Assembly: GCA_965263035.1 (NCBI GenBank)
Contig: OZ253580.1
Location: forward strand, 480,001-544,000
Length of the DNA stretch: 64,000 nt
Direction: 5' to 3'
DNA from: Acidobacteriota bacterium
GTDB lineage: Bacteria > Acidobacteriota > UBA6911 > RPQK01 > JAJDTT01
The notes under the pieces are model-generated. The model searched no databases and was not told the origin of the DNA. It was given only the letters and a program-made list of their open reading frames with translations. Both the position numbers and the translations under genes were made by a program. Numbering within the stretch: the stretch's first letter is position 1; every line of letters begins with the position of its first letter. Positions 11,701-20,858 of the stretch are shown here, one piece after another.

Positions 11701-14700
11701 CTCACGCCGTTGGTGTCCACGTCGCCGGTGTCCACCCGGTAGCGGAACAGCATCTCCTCGTCGGTAACGCTCTGGTAGTCCGCCGTTCGATCCTCGTCCC
11801 CCACCCTCAGGGTCAACTCCGGCGACCCCGTCACGAAGACGTCCTCGCTGAAGGTCACCGTCACCTCGATCACATCCCGGATCGCGTAGGTTGAATCCGA
11901 TCCCGGGTCCGACGTGATCTCCACCTTGCTGACCGTCGGATCCGTCACATCCGGGATCGGCACGACCACCGAAACCCGCATGCTTCGGCTCGCTTCGCCG
12001 CCATTGATCGCGGCCGCCACCTGATAGACATAGGTGGCGCCGGTGGTCACGTCGGTATCGACGTAGGTGCGGCTTGAAGTGTTCTCAGAGATGATCTCGA
12101 CGGTGCTTCCGGAGGTGCGGTAGAGGTTGTAGGTCACATTCGAAACGGCGGACCAGGTCAGCGTCACCTGGCCCAGCGCGGGGGTCGCCATCAGGGCCGG
12201 GCTGGTTCGAATCTGTTCGCCGAACTCCTGCCACGTCGCCCCCCCGACCCCATTCGTGTCCACTGAAAGGACCGGGTACTGGCTGGACGTTCCGAAGACC
12301 CACGGGTCATCGTTCATGCTGTCGCCGTTCAGGTCCAGGTTCCAGTTTTGATAGATGCCGCTGGTGTCCGTGGGCATCTGTAACGCTGACGTGTTCTGGG
12401 GTTGACCGTAGGATCCCGTGGTGCGCCCCGAGGTATCGCTGTCCCAATAGCTGTCGGTGATCCTGCCGCTACCGCTGTTGCGGCCAACCAGGCCACCGAT
12501 GGTGCTGCGGCCCGACACGAGGCCGGTCGCATAGCTGATGTTGACGTCGCCGGTGTTCCGGCCGATCAATCCTCCGGCCTCGAAATCCCCCACAACTCGG
12601 CCCGTCGCGTAGGCGGCGATCACGTCGCCGCTGTTGGACCCGATTAGCCCGCCGACGCGGTCGTCTCCCGTCACGTGGACGGTGGAGTAACTGACGGTCA
12701 CGGCCCCGTCACTCAGGTTGGCTCCGATGAGGCCCCCGACATCGTCGTCGCCGGACACCTTACCCGTGGCAAAACACCCGCTGACGGCGCCATCGTTGGA
12801 ACCCACCAGACCGCCGACCTGGTCCGTTCCCGTCACCTGGACCGCGACCATCTCCAGGTTCCGGATGACTGCGGACGACGTGGTCTCACCGAACAATCCG
12901 ACGTCGTTTCCACTACCATCGATAAACAGATTGGTGATGGTCCGCGCGTTCCCTTCGAAGATGGCCGCGAAGCTGCTGGATGAGTCACCGATGGGCACCC
13001 ACCCGGCTCCGCCGTTCCAGTAGTCGTCGCCCATGTCGACGGCGCCGCTGTTGTCAGTGTCGAAGTCCAGATCGGCGCGGAGTTCGTACCCCACGCACCC
13101 GAAGAGGCCGCCGCAGGCCAATTCATCGCCGGCGCCGGAGAAGGCCGCGATATACGTGGTATATCCGCTGCTCGGAAGGCCGTCACCGTCCAGGTCGTGA
13201 CGGACCGCATCGAGCTGCTCCAGATTGCTGATCTCGATGAGTCCGTCGTCGTCGGTGTCGTAGTCGGTGGTGGATGTCGAGAGCACCACCACCTTGAACT
13301 CCTGGGTCGAGCTCCGGTTGGACCCGTCGTCGGTGGCCGTCACCGTGATGACGGCATCCCCTTCGCTCAGCGGAGTCATCGTCAACCGCGTCCCCGAACG
13401 GGTGACCAGGACGACGCTCGTGTCGGACGAAGACACGCCGTAGGTAATCATGTCTCCCTCGGGGTCCACGAACGCCCCCGAAAACTCCGTCATGGCCGAG
13501 TCACCGACGAGGAGCGTCCGTTCCGGCAGGTACCCCACTGGCATCGGCGCCCCGTTTCCGCGCGCTTTCACCGTGACCCTCGCACTGCGTGTTGCCTCGC
13601 CGCCGGCGACGACCGCCGCGACCTGGTAGGTGTAGTCTTCATCGACCGTCACGTCGGAGTCGGTGTACGTCCGCACCGAGAGGTCCTCCGCCAGGGTCTC
13701 GACGGTGCCGCCGTCGACGCGGGTCACGGTGTAGCTCACAGTCGGCGCCGGCATCCACTCGCTGCTTACGGACACTTCGGTCCAGGTCACCACCACCTGG
13801 GCCGGATCGGGGGACCGCGTCGTCGAAGTCGCAGTCACGGTCGGACCGGACCGGAGCTGGTAGCCGAACTCCTCCCAGGTCGTATCGTCGTTTCCATCCA
13901 CGTCGACGGAAAGGGCCGGGTACTGGCTGGAGGTGCCGAAGTCCCAGGGGTCGTCCCTATCGTCGTCACCGTCCAGATCCACGTTCCAGGTCCCGTAGAT
14001 GCCGCTGTAGCTTCGGGGCGACTTCAACTGGGAGGTTGTCCTGCCCGAACCGGCCGACCCGGAACTATGGCCCGTCGTGCTCGTATCCCAGTAGCTGGCG
14101 GTGATGGTCCCTCCCTCTTCGTACCCCACCAATCCGCCGACATTGGAATTTCCCGTCGCAGGACCCGTGGCGTAGCTGGCGCTGATCTCGCCAATTGATT
14201 TGTTGTTTCCGACGAGACCACCCACGTCGGTATTCCCCGAGGCGCGGCCGGTGGCGTAGGCGGCGATGATCTCGCCTCGGTTGTCCCCCACCAGCCCGCC
14301 GACGTCGTCGTCCCCCGAAACGAGACTCGTGGAGTAGCTGCCGAGAATCGCGCCGAAGACATAGTTCATCCCCACCAGTCCGCCCACGTTGTCGTCCGAG
14401 GAGATCTGTCCGGTGACATAGGTCCCGCGAATGACACCGTTGTTGAAGCCGACCAACCCACCGGTGAGCCCGTCACCCGTCACATCGACCTCGGACAATC
14501 CGACGTTCCGGATGACGGCAAAGGCGAAGCCGAACAAACCCGATAGGACCAAACTGTCCGAATCGATGAACAGGTTGCTGATGGTATGCCCGTTGCCGTC
14601 GAAGACCGCGATGTACGGATTCCTCGCCGTGAAAAAGAAACCGCTGGATGTGCTGCCGTCCCCGCCGATGGGGACCCAACCGTCACCGCCGTTCCAGTAG

Positions 14701-17700
14701 TCATCGTCCGAGTCGACGTCGCCATCCCCGTCGGTGTCGAAGTCCAGGTCTGACGTCAACTCGTAACCACGGCACCCGTATATCTGGCTGCAGCCCATCC
14801 GTTCCACCGCATCCCCAAACGCCCTCTCATAGGAGGTCTTTCCATCGGCCACGGGCGTCCCGTCCCCGTCCAGATCGTGACGAACGGCATTGAGCCGCTC
14901 CAGCGTCGCAATCTCGATGAGCCCGTCCTCGTCGCTGTCGTAGTCGACCTCGGTGGCCGACCAGACCAAAACGGTGAAGCGCTGCGTGGCGGCGGTGCTG
15001 GAACTGGACGCGTCGGTGGCCGTCATCGTGATCGTCGTGCGGCCCGCGGCCACCGGCGTGACGGTCAACCGGGCAGCCGACCGGGTGACCGTGGCCACGG
15101 ATGTCGCCGACGAGGACGCCCCGTAGGTGAGCGTGTCGTTGTCCGGATCCCGAAACGACCCGGAGACGTCCACCTCCTTCGTGCTCCCACCGACACGTAG
15201 CGTCAGATCCTGCAAGGCTCCCACCGCCACCGGCGGCTGGTTGGCCGCGCCCACGATCACCGAAACCGGCCGGCTGCGAGCCGCTTCACCGCCGTCGAGC
15301 AGGGCCGCCACCCGGTAGGTGTAGGTATTTCCGGTGGTCACGTCCGTGTCGGTGTGCTGGCGCGACGTGGCGCCTTCCTCGACCGTCTCTTTCGTGGTTC
15401 CGTCGTCACGGACGAGGTCGTAGGTGACGTCCGGAGCAGGACTCCAGGGACTCGTCGACACCGCGGACCAGTTGAGGACCACTTGAGCTTGGCCATCGGT
15501 CGTTGTCGCCGTCAGGGTCAAGGCGGGCCGAACCTGGTAGCCGAATTCCTGCCATGTCGCGCTATGGTTCTCATTCAGATCTACGGCCAGAACGGGATAT
15601 TGGCTGGACGTCCCGAGATGCCAGGCGTCGTCGAGCTCCCCGTCCAGGTCAAAGTCCCAGTTCCAGTTCTCATAGATGCCTTCGTAGTCCGTGGGCGACT
15701 GCAGGGCGGCCGTGGTCTGGCCCGCCAAACCCACCATCTGAGATTCCGTTCCGTCGATCACGCCGTTGTTATTCACGTCGTCCTCACCGACGCCGACGCG
15801 TACGCCCGACGACTCGAGGTCCCAGTAGCTCCAGCGAAACGTGACGTCTTCGGAGACGGCGCCCACCAGTCCTCCCACCACCGCGTTGCCGGACACGGTT
15901 CCTGTGGCGTAGCTGGCCAGAATCAGGCTGCAGGCATTTCCAGCCAGCCCGCCGACGCCGCCGAATTCACAATCGTCCACGCCCGTTCTGCGGACCCCTT
16001 GGCCGGACACGTTCCCCGTGGCGTAGCTGGCCCGGATGGGATCGTTGGAGGACCCGACCAACCCGCCGACCGCGTGGTCTCCGGAGACGTTCCCGGTGGC
16101 GAAGCTGCGGATGATCCAGCCGTCGAACTGATTGCCGACCAACCCGCCGACCGCTTCGGTTCCCGATACCCCTACAGCGGCGGTGCTGTCCACGACGAAA
16201 CTGTCCGACCAACCCACGAGGCCGCCCACGTCATCTCCGCCGGAGACCTGACCCGTGGCCCGGCTGCGAACGATCAGTGCGTCTTCGACCTCACCGGCCA
16301 GACTGCCGACAAAATCGTCACCGGTCACGTCCACGTCGACCAGATCGACGTCCCCTAACGCGGCCGTCTCGAACACTCCACCGTCGACGCGGCCGAACAG
16401 GCCGACTCGGTCCTCCGAATCCCGGTCGATGAACAGGCTTGTTATGGCCTGACCGTTGCCTTCGAATATCGCCGTGTACGGATCGCTTGAGTCCCCGATG
16501 GGCTCCCAGCCGTCGCCGCCGTTCCAGTAGGTGTCGTCTGAGTCGACGTCACCATCTCCGTCCGTGTCGAAGTCCAAATCCCCCCTCAGCTCGTATCCGA
16601 TGCACCGGTCGGGGCACCCCATGCTCTCCGCAGCCTCTTCGAAGGCGTCGTAGTACGTTTGCCAGTTGGTGCCATCCACCACGCCATTTCCGTTCAGGTC
16701 GTAGCGGATGGCGTCGAGCTGGGCCAAGGTGTTGACATCGATGAGGTTGTCGTTGTCAGTGTCGTAATCCCGGTTCCCCAAAACGACCGAAACCGAGAAG
16801 TCCAGAAACGCGCTCAGACCGTCCGGATCTGTAGCACGCACTAACACGGTAGCCGAGGTGGGACGCCGCGGGGTCACCGTCAGTTGGGACCGCGGGGAAC
16901 CCGAGACACTGACCTCCAAACGATTGTCGGTGGAAAGCGCCTCATAGGTCAGAGGATTGTTGTCCGGGTCGGTGAACTTGGTCGACAGATCTACGGTTAT
17001 GGGCGCGTCGCCCGGAGTGAAGGTCCGGTCGTCCAGCGTGCCCGTAGCGGTGGGCGCCCCGTTGCGGTCCGCCTCCGCCACATCGACGGCATCCACGGCG
17101 CCCGGCGCCATGACGATGCCGGCACCGGAGTCGTGGTCGACCCCGGTGGCCTCGATATCGAGAGCGGACCCGGTCATGCCCATGAGGAGCTGCGACTGGA
17201 TGACGTTGCCGGGCCCGCCGGCCGCCTCCAGCATCAAAGCTCCGATTGCCGCCGCATGCGGCGCCGCGGAGGACACCCCGCAGAAGATCGAGAAACCGGG
17301 CGTCGCGGTGCGGACGCAGGTCGCCGCGGTGATGTCCGGTTTCTCCAACAGTTCCCCGCCGGTGGAGGAGAAATTTCCTACCGTGATGGGAGTGCCGTCC
17401 GGCTCGAAAAAGATTCGGCGTGGCCCGTCCGAGTTGGAGGTTCGGACCGATTCGGTCCCGTCGAAGACGCCGCCCGTTCCACCGGCGCTCTGGACGGCAA
17501 CCGCCGCGATGCTGATCGCGTTCTCCGCCGCAGAGTGGCCGTAAAGGTTGCCGGCGGTCGCGACGGCCAAACGCCCTCCGACGGTGTCCAGACGGAGGTA
17601 CCGATTCGAACCGGAGGACTTGACGATGACGAGCCGCGCACCCGAATGATCCTCTTCATCCGAATAGACGGCCTCGAACGGATCCTGGGTGCCGTCCTGG

Positions 17701-20441
17701 GTGGCGGTCGACGCGTCCAAAACATTGCCGTTTTCGTCGATCAGGAAGAGGTCGTAGTCGTTACCCGAGGCCTCCAGCGGATCGGCCCACTGGAGAATGT
17801 AGGTCTCGAAATCGCTTTCCTGCGTGATCTCGTTCTGGATGACGCCTCCGCCGAAGTCGTGCGCCACATACGTGGTTCCGTCCAGAGTGATGGACCCCCC
17901 CGCAACGTAGTCGCCCTCCCAGACCCCTGCGGTGCCGTCGTTCAGATTGCCGTTGTTGCCTCCGGCCGAGAAGAAATAGCAGCCGTCGGCGACCGCTGCG
18001 TTCACCCCTTTTGAAACGGTGTCGTCCTGAAACGCAGCTTCGAAGATATAGCCGACGTCGTCGACGATGACGTTGGCCCCGGCCTCGCAGAGCGCCTCGA
18101 TGTTGGCTGCAAACCGGGCTTGCCCACCGAACGCCGTCGCGAAGTAGAGTTCCGCCCCTGGAGCGAGGTCATGGACGATCTCCAGCATCGCCGTACCCTC
18201 ATCCCCTTCTCCCGCCTGTCCCGCCAGCACCGTCACTCGTTCCGGCACGTCGCCCGAGGCTTGGCGCGCCGCCAAGGAACCGACGCCATCCGAGAGGACG
18301 CCGATCCCGATGCCGGTGCCGTCGATCGTGTGGGTGGTCCGCGCCACATCCGCCTGGTGGGCGACGTCGCCCTGCGTGGTGTTGACCTTACGGGTTACTG
18401 GAATGTCTACGGCGCCGGTGCGGATGAACGATGGGAGGCTTTTCGCCAGGCCGCGCGTGACCGCCTTGTCGGCGGTGCGGATCGATTGAACCGCGTCCAG
18501 CTCGGCCAGCGTCTCCACCGCGCCCAAGGGAAGCCGGGCCCGAATCGACCGGTACCGCGGCACGCTGTCGATCACCGTGCCTCCCAGGGTACGGATCCGG
18601 TCCAGGACCTCGGTCGTCACGTCCGCCCGGATGTCCACCGTCACCGGCTCTTTCAAGGGATCTGCGCCCGGATCCGGCCGGCTGCCGGCCTTGTCCGAGA
18701 CAATGACCCCGCCGGCCATCCGCCGCGCGTCCAGAAGCTCCGAGCTCACCTTTTTCTGGGCGGGGGTCCGCTGTGCCTTCGCGGCCAGGATGGCCTGAAT
18801 CTGCTTTACGGTCTTCGCAGACAGTTTCCGGCCGGCCGGCTCCGTTTCCTCTCCGGTACGGTTCGTCACTGACTGGTTGGTGAAGGCCGTGGACTCGTTC
18901 CCGGCCGGGTCCCGGATCGGCTTCGCCGTTCCTGGCGCGGGCGCGGTGTAGCTCACCGTCACCGACTCGCCCTGAACCACCGGCGAGGCCAGCATCAGCG
19001 CCACCTTGCTCCCCGCCACGGCAATCGTGGTGACGTCACGTCCCTCACCCGCGACGGTCACCCTGAAATCCCCGGCCGGAGGCGCCGATGACCGGTCGAG
19101 TGGCTCTTCATACCTCAAGCTCAGTCTGGCCCCGGTCACGGTGGCCTCGTCGCCGGTCACCAGCGACGGTCGGACGCCGTCCACCCTCTGACCAGCCTGA
19201 TCCTCCAATCCCGCATGTTCCAACACCGCGGGATTTTCCGAGCCGTCCTCGATCACTCCGTCACCAAGTGACAGGCTGTCAGCCTCCAGACTCAGCCCGT
19301 CGGTGTCTTCGTCGCCATCGGCCACGGTGTATGAAAAAGTCAGTGCCACTGTTCCCGTGCCGCCGGTGTAGATCGCCTGCCGGGTGACGTTCCCCACGTC
19401 CAGCCCCAGACGGGGAGTCCCGATCACGTTCACCAATTCGCTGAAGGACACCGTGGTTTCGATCGAGTCGCCGACGCCGTAGGCTTCCCGGTCCTCCGGA
19501 GGAATCGAACTCACTTCGATCTTGCTCACCGTTGGTGGTTTCGTGTCCTCAATCGCAGCGGCTGCAGACTCGATCCGAAGGGCCGTGCCGGAGACCGCTG
19601 CCCGGAGTTCTTCCGCCGTGACACTGTGGCGGCCGCCGGCCGCTTCCAGGATCAGAGCCGCCAGCGCCGCCGCTTGGACCGGCGTTGCCTCACTACCGCA
19701 AAGGGTCGAAAAATCCGGAGTCGCGGCGGTCACGCAGGCCTCGGCGGCGGGTTGCGGTTCGGTACCCGGCCGGTCCCCTGCAGCAGAGACGTAGACGCAG
19801 CCGTCTCGCACCGCTCGGGCGATCCCCCGGGCCATGAGGCCGCCCTGATGAATGGTCTTCTGGAAGTCCAAAACGTCGTCGATGATGATGTCGGCGCCCG
19901 CATGGCAGAGTGCCTCGACGTTGGCCGCGAACCGGGCCGGTCCACCCAAACCGGTCGCGAAGTAGAGTTCGGCGCCCGGTGCCAAACCACGGAGGACCCC
20001 GAGGGCCGTCATCCCGGCGTCGCCCTCTCCTGCTTGCCCCGGCAGCACCGTCACCCGGTCCAGAAGGTCTTCGGGCGCGTCACCGGTCGCCAGCGACGCT
20101 GCGCCGCTGGAGATCACGCCGATCCCAATTCCGGTGCCGTCAACACCGTGACTGCGGCGCATCGCAACCACTTGCCGGCGGACGCTGCCTCGGGACCGCC
20201 CGGCTTCCGGGTTCCTCCGAACCTCCCGCACACTCACCCCGGCAGCGGACCGGAACTCCTGCCATACGGCCGGGTCCTCCGGCCCCGCCTTCCTCGGAAA
20301 GGCACCGCCAGCCGCTGCTTGCGGATGCTGGGTCTGAATCGGCTCAACCAGCAGGGAGATAACGGCGAAAGCCCCGAGCAGTCCACGCCATCGGGCGCCG
20401 GAGCGTGACCCGATTCGTAATGGGTGGTCCTGTTTTTTCAT
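5706..20441 (-). CDS. Giant (4911 aa) secreted or surface protein: degenerate and intact S8/S53-like peptidase domains, GLUG-repeat modules, FN3/Ig-like domains, SwmB-like repeats, poly-Pro linker and two conserved C-terminal domains
   Basis: Uninterrupted 14.7-kb ORF with a hydrophobic N-terminus. Peptidase motifs GVLSDG, GDEGTAMLEIVHD, SAGGN and CGVSSAAPH; many VGGLVG repeats; Ca-binding-like DxDxDG motifs; Thr/Val/Asp-rich beta-sandwich repeats. Confidence 0.9.
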   Translation of the reverse strand: MKKQDHPLRIGSRSGARWRGLLGAFAVISLLVEPIQTQHPQAAAGGAFPRKAGPEDPAVWQEFRSAAGVSVREVRRNPEAGRSRGSVRRQVVAMRRSHGVDGTGIGIGVISSGAASLATGDAPEDLLDRVTVLPGQAGEGDAGMTALGVLRGLAPGAELYFATGLGGPARFAANVEALCHAGADIIIDDVLDFQKTIHQGGLMARGIARAVRDGCVYVSAAGDRPGTEPQPAAEACVTAATPDFSTLCGSEATPVQAAALAALILEAAGGRHSVTAEELRAAVSGTALRIESAAAAIEDTKPPTVSKIEVSSIPPEDREAYGVGDSIETTVSFSELVNVIGTPRLGLDVGNVTRQAIYTGGTGTVALTFSYTVADGDEDTDGLSLEADSLSLGDGVIEDGSENPAVLEHAGLEDQAGQRVDGVRPSLVTGDEATVTGARLSLRYEEPLDRSSAPPAGDFRVTVAGEGRDVTTIAVAGSKVALMLASPVVQGESVTVSYTAPAPGTAKPIRDPAGNESTAFTNQSVTNRTGEETEPAGRKLSAKTVKQIQAILAAKAQRTPAQKKVSSELLDARRMAGGVIVSDKAGSRPDPGADPLKEPVTVDIRADVTTEVLDRIRTLGGTVIDSVPRYRSIRARLPLGAVETLAELDAVQSIRTADKAVTRGLAKSLPSFIRTGAVDIPVTRKVNTTQGDVAHQADVARTTHTIDGTGIGIGVLSDGVGSLAARQASGDVPERVTVLAGQAGEGDEGTAMLEIVHDLAPGAELYFATAFGGQARFAANIEALCEAGANVIVDDVGYIFEAAFQDDTVSKGVNAAVADGCYFFSAGGNNGNLNDGTAGVWEGDYVAGGSITLDGTTYVAHDFGGGVIQNEITQESDFETYILQWADPLEASGNDYDLFLIDENGNVLDASTATQDGTQDPFEAVYSDEEDHSGARLVIVKSSGSNRYLRLDTVGGRLAVATAGNLYGHSAAENAISIAAVAVQSAGGTGGVFDGTESVRTSNSDGPRRIFFEPDGTPITVGNFSSTGGELLEKPDITAATCVRTATPGFSIFCGVSSAAPHAAAIGALMLEAAGGPGNVIQSQLLMGMTGSALDIEATGVDHDSGAGIVMAPGAVDAVDVAEADRNGAPTATGTLDDRTFTPGDAPITVDLSTKFTDPDNNPLTYEALSTDNRLEVSVSGSPRSQLTVTPRRPTSATVLVRATDPDGLSAFLDFSVSVVLGNRDYDTDNDNLIDVNTLAQLDAIRYDLNGNGVVDGTNWQTYYDAFEEAAESMGCPDRCIGYELRGDLDFDTDGDGDVDSDDTYWNGGDGWEPIGDSSDPYTAIFEGNGQAITSLFIDRDSEDRVGLFGRVDGGVFETAALGDVDLVDVDVTGDDFVGSLAGEVEDALIVRSRATGQVSGGDDVGGLVGWSDSFVVDSTAAVGVSGTEAVGGLVGNQFDGWIIRSFATGNVSGDHAVGGLVGSSNDPIRASYATGNVSGQGVRRTGVDDCEFGGVGGLAGNACSLILASYATGTVSGNAVVGGLVGAVSEDVTFRWSYWDLESSGVRVGVGEDDVNNNGVIDGTESQMVGLAGQTTAALQSPTDYEGIYENWNWDFDLDGELDDAWHLGTSSQYPVLAVDLNENHSATWQEFGYQVRPALTLTATTTDGQAQVVLNWSAVSTSPWSPAPDVTYDLVRDDGTTKETVEEGATSRQHTDTDVTTGNTYTYRVAALLDGGEAARSRPVSVIVGAANQPPVAVGALQDLTLRVGGSTKEVDVSGSFRDPDNDTLTYGASSSATSVATVTRSAARLTVTPVAAGRTTITMTATDASSSSTAATQRFTVLVWSATEVDYDSDEDGLIEIATLERLNAVRHDLDGDGTPVADGKTSYERAFGDAVERMGCSQIYGCRGYELTSDLDFDTDGDGDVDSDDDYWNGGDGWVPIGGDGSTSSGFFFTARNPYIAVFDGNGHTISNLFIDSDSLVLSGLFGFAFAVIRNVGLSEVDVTGDGLTGGLVGFNNGVIRGTYVTGQISSDDNVGGLVGMNYVFGAILGSYSTSLVSGDDDVGGLVGDNRGEIIAAYATGRASGNTDVGGLVGNNKSIGEISASYATGPATGNSNVGGLVGYEEGGTITASYWDTSTTGHSSGSAGSGRTTSQLKSPRSYSGIYGTWNVDLDGDDDRDDPWDFGTSSQYPALSVDVDGNDDTTWEEFGYQLRSGPTVTATSTTRSPDPAQVVVTWTEVSVSSEWMPAPTVSYTVTRVDGGTVETLAEDLSVRTYTDSDVTVDEDYTYQVAAVVAGGEATRSARVTVKARGNGAPMPVGYLPERTLLVGDSAMTEFSGAFVDPEGDMITYGVSSSDTSVVLVTRSGTRLTMTPLSEGDAVITVTATDDGSNRSSTQEFKVVVLSTSTTDYDTDDDGLIEISNLEQLDAVRHDLDGDGLPSSGYTTYIAAFSGAGDELACGGLFGCVGYELRADLDFDTDNSGAVDMGDDYWNGGAGWVPIGDSSSSFAAIFEGNARTITNLFIDGSGNDVGLFGETTSSAVIRNLEMVAVQVTGTDQVGGLVGSNDGAVSGCFATGKVSGDDDVGGLIGANLSDGAVTVSYSTVHVTGDDRVGGLIGSNSGDVIAAYATGRVVGDFEAGGLIGRNTGDVNISYATGLVSGRSTIGGLVGRNSGSGRITDSYWDSDTSGRTTGSYGQPQNTSALQMPTDTSGIYQNWNLDLNGDSMNDDPWVFGTSSQYPVLSVDTNGVGGATWQEFGEQIRTSPALMATPALGQVTLTWSAVSNVTYNLYRTSGSTVEIISENTSSRTYVDTDVTTGATYVYQVAAAINGGEASRSMRVSVVVPIPDVTDPTVSKVEITSDPGSDSTYAIRDVIEVTVTFSEDVFVTGSPELTLRVGDEDRTADYQSVTDEEMLFRYRVDTGDVDTNGVSIAANSLSVNGGTIEDGSDNEADLDHRALGNNSRHKVDGIRPELAPTRGAVVNGTTLTLTYTEPLDSTSMPPSSAFFVSGGASSRTVSGVAFRGSAVDMTLSSAVAHWETGIRVSYTVPTGMGAMPIQDRAGNDADGLSSMPVINETPDRIPPTVTSIEITSDPPDGRDVYGIGEEIEVTVTFSETVTVSGNPGVTLKVGERDRSATYESVTGAVVVFAYTVAVNDSDTDGVSIEAGSLSGGTIRDTARNNAVRTHTAVAADTGQKVDGIKPVLATTDGAVASGTMLTLAYSETLDSSSVPGNDAFSVTGGSETRSVTGVRVSGSAVELTVDPAVEHGETGLRVSYTIPTGTGAKPIQDTAGNDADRLSNRPVTNVTGDTTGPAVQTMRITSSAGSDSTYAVEDSIEATVTFNETVVVTGTPRLTLSVGGQNRTAEYVSVSGAAVKFEYMVVSGDRDRDGVSIDADSLSRGSGTIRDGARNDATLTHAGVAADSRHKVDGVPPMLATTDGAVVNGTMLTLAYSEPLNSSSRPAASLFTVTGGSETRTVTRVQVSGNAVFLTLSPAVQDAEFGLGLSYQPGSNPIRDVVGNAADELNNEPVTNRTGDTTGPTVETVRITSNAGSDQTYAAGETIEVTVTFNETVLVTGTPRLTLNVGGRSRTANYQDVTGAAVRFAYQVVSSDTAPYGVSIDANRLSGGTIRDGAQNNAVLNHAPVAADNQHQVDGVKPVLATSDGAVVNGTTLTLVYGEPLDTTSPEPSTDDFTVTGGSETRTVERVQVDGSAVFLTLSSAVTDGESGLRVSYEPGSNPIQDTAGNDADRLSNRSVTNRTGDTTGPTVSTVRITSSAGSDRTYGVDDTIEVTVTFNETVVVTGTPELTLIVGSRNPTAEYRSVSNRAVKFTYRVVTDDVDEDGVSLEENQLSRAGGTIRDGAGNDATLDHTAVVASSSHKVDAVAPALTDPAVVNGATLTLTYNEPLNTSSRPATSDFTVAGGNETRTVTRVQVTGSEVRLTVSPAAEHGETGIRVSYEPRSNPIQDRVGNDAERFTDKFLDNQTPDTTAPSIEGIEISSDPGTDETYAIGDMISVTVRYDETVTVDTVRGTPTLDLLVGNRRKRASASVGPDRPAVVFVYTVEKGDEDEDGVSIPRGSIALNGGKILDLADNAAARNYEEVEAQADHKVDGAEPELEDVTVHGSRVALNYDEQLDEGSVPSSSDFAVTVDGNDRTVTQVQVRGNSVILTLASAVGAGETVMVDYMPGFNPIQDEVSNAAETSANRRAEPPLVTIEARQGSETVTEGDTVEFTLTRGPPTEASLTVNVEVTERGSVIETSASYEPPEEVVFQARQETATLSVLTDDDDVSESAGRVTARLQSGDEYRLGPTSTQSAQVTVQDNEVAPPPPPPPPPPPPPPPPPPPPPPPPAPPPTAPTAPTAPLNLQTEAGDGEVTLSWEAPESDGRSAITDYEVRIDRAGEWISTGSTDLTHRVTGLSNARAYVFEVRAVNEVGRSPSSDPAEATPVGVARPVPEEVILEFAHFGNGYTGNDVLITSDLVLVNVGEDEIRPVVYFFDRAGALLEAESLVDVRNDLEIHDDGGLTARTAVPRLGELTISTHGRGEVATGSVRVVSDGPMGGVVRFDIPGIGVAGVGASEPTGDALFPARRQEGKIRTAAAIHNLGMAAVDVQCRLMKNGVVLEERGIELGANGQNARFIEELFTATDTRDFVGSVRCTVPHGESFTGVAVELDSGNGIFTTLPVVPIHPEASEDRETTLNFAHFANGTSGDGTLITSDLVLVNVAASTARPAIYFYDRSGELQEPESMVDISEDLLVRDDGGLTLRTPMARLGELTISTHGRGEVVTGSVRVVASGAMGGVLRFDIPGVGVAGVGASEPTADALFPARRKQGAIRTAAAIRNLEVARITVRCWLMSSGKELESVDINLGGNGQHAGFIEELFTRTDTRDFVGSVRCTAPGEGMFTGVAVELDTGNRIFTTLPVVPIQP
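7405..7515 (-). repeat. Poly-proline and PTA low-complexity linker
   Basis: (GGN)n tract on the + strand encodes more than 25 Pro, followed by PTAPTAPTAP. Confidence 0.9.
7870..11950 (-). repeat. Six tandem ~680-bp intragenic units, each an Ig-like domain plus a SwmB-like domain
   Basis: PTVxxVxITSxxGxDxTY...IEVTVTFxExVxVxGxPxLxLxVG followed by VxGxxLTLxYxExLD recurs six times; a seventh copy lies near 18870-19550. Boundaries approximate. Confidence 0.85.
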
Positions 20442-20575
20442 CTTCCGGCCGTCGGGGACATGCCTCCACGGACCAGCTCAAAAAACATCCGGGAAACGAG
20501 CTGCAACGAGAGCGGGGTGCGAGAAGAAAAGGAGGAAAGAAAACACTTGTTCCGGGTGGTCGCCGGTCGACATTT

Positions 20576-20591
20576 TTGAATGACTATTCAA
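20576..20591. promoter_or_regulatory. Palindrome TTGAAT-N4-ATTCAA, possible operator upstream of the giant gene
   Basis: Perfect 6-bp arms about 135 bp upstream of the start at 20441. Confidence 0.3.
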
Positions 20592-20858
20592 GAGAGAAGC
20601 ATTGAAAGGTGAACGAGGCTTCGGCGCGGACGTAACGGTGACCGGTTCGCGTCCCAACATCATCCAAGGGCAAAAACCCGTCGGGATCCCTCCTCCGTAT
20701 ACTTCACTGAATCCAACGGATTCCGCCTAATGGCGGAAGCTCATTATTCCACCCAAGGGCGACATGGCTGGTGAATCACCCGGCGTCAGCCGGCGGGACA
20801 TCACCCAGTATATTTCAGGGGATACGACCGAAATATCCGGGATGAATCAGGATGGGAT

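Noticed and set aside
20600-20700. Possible c-di-GMP-I riboswitch upstream of the giant gene
   Set aside because: Only a GGGACGC-like fragment is present on the coding strand; the preceding GGCAAA and tetraloop stem are missing.
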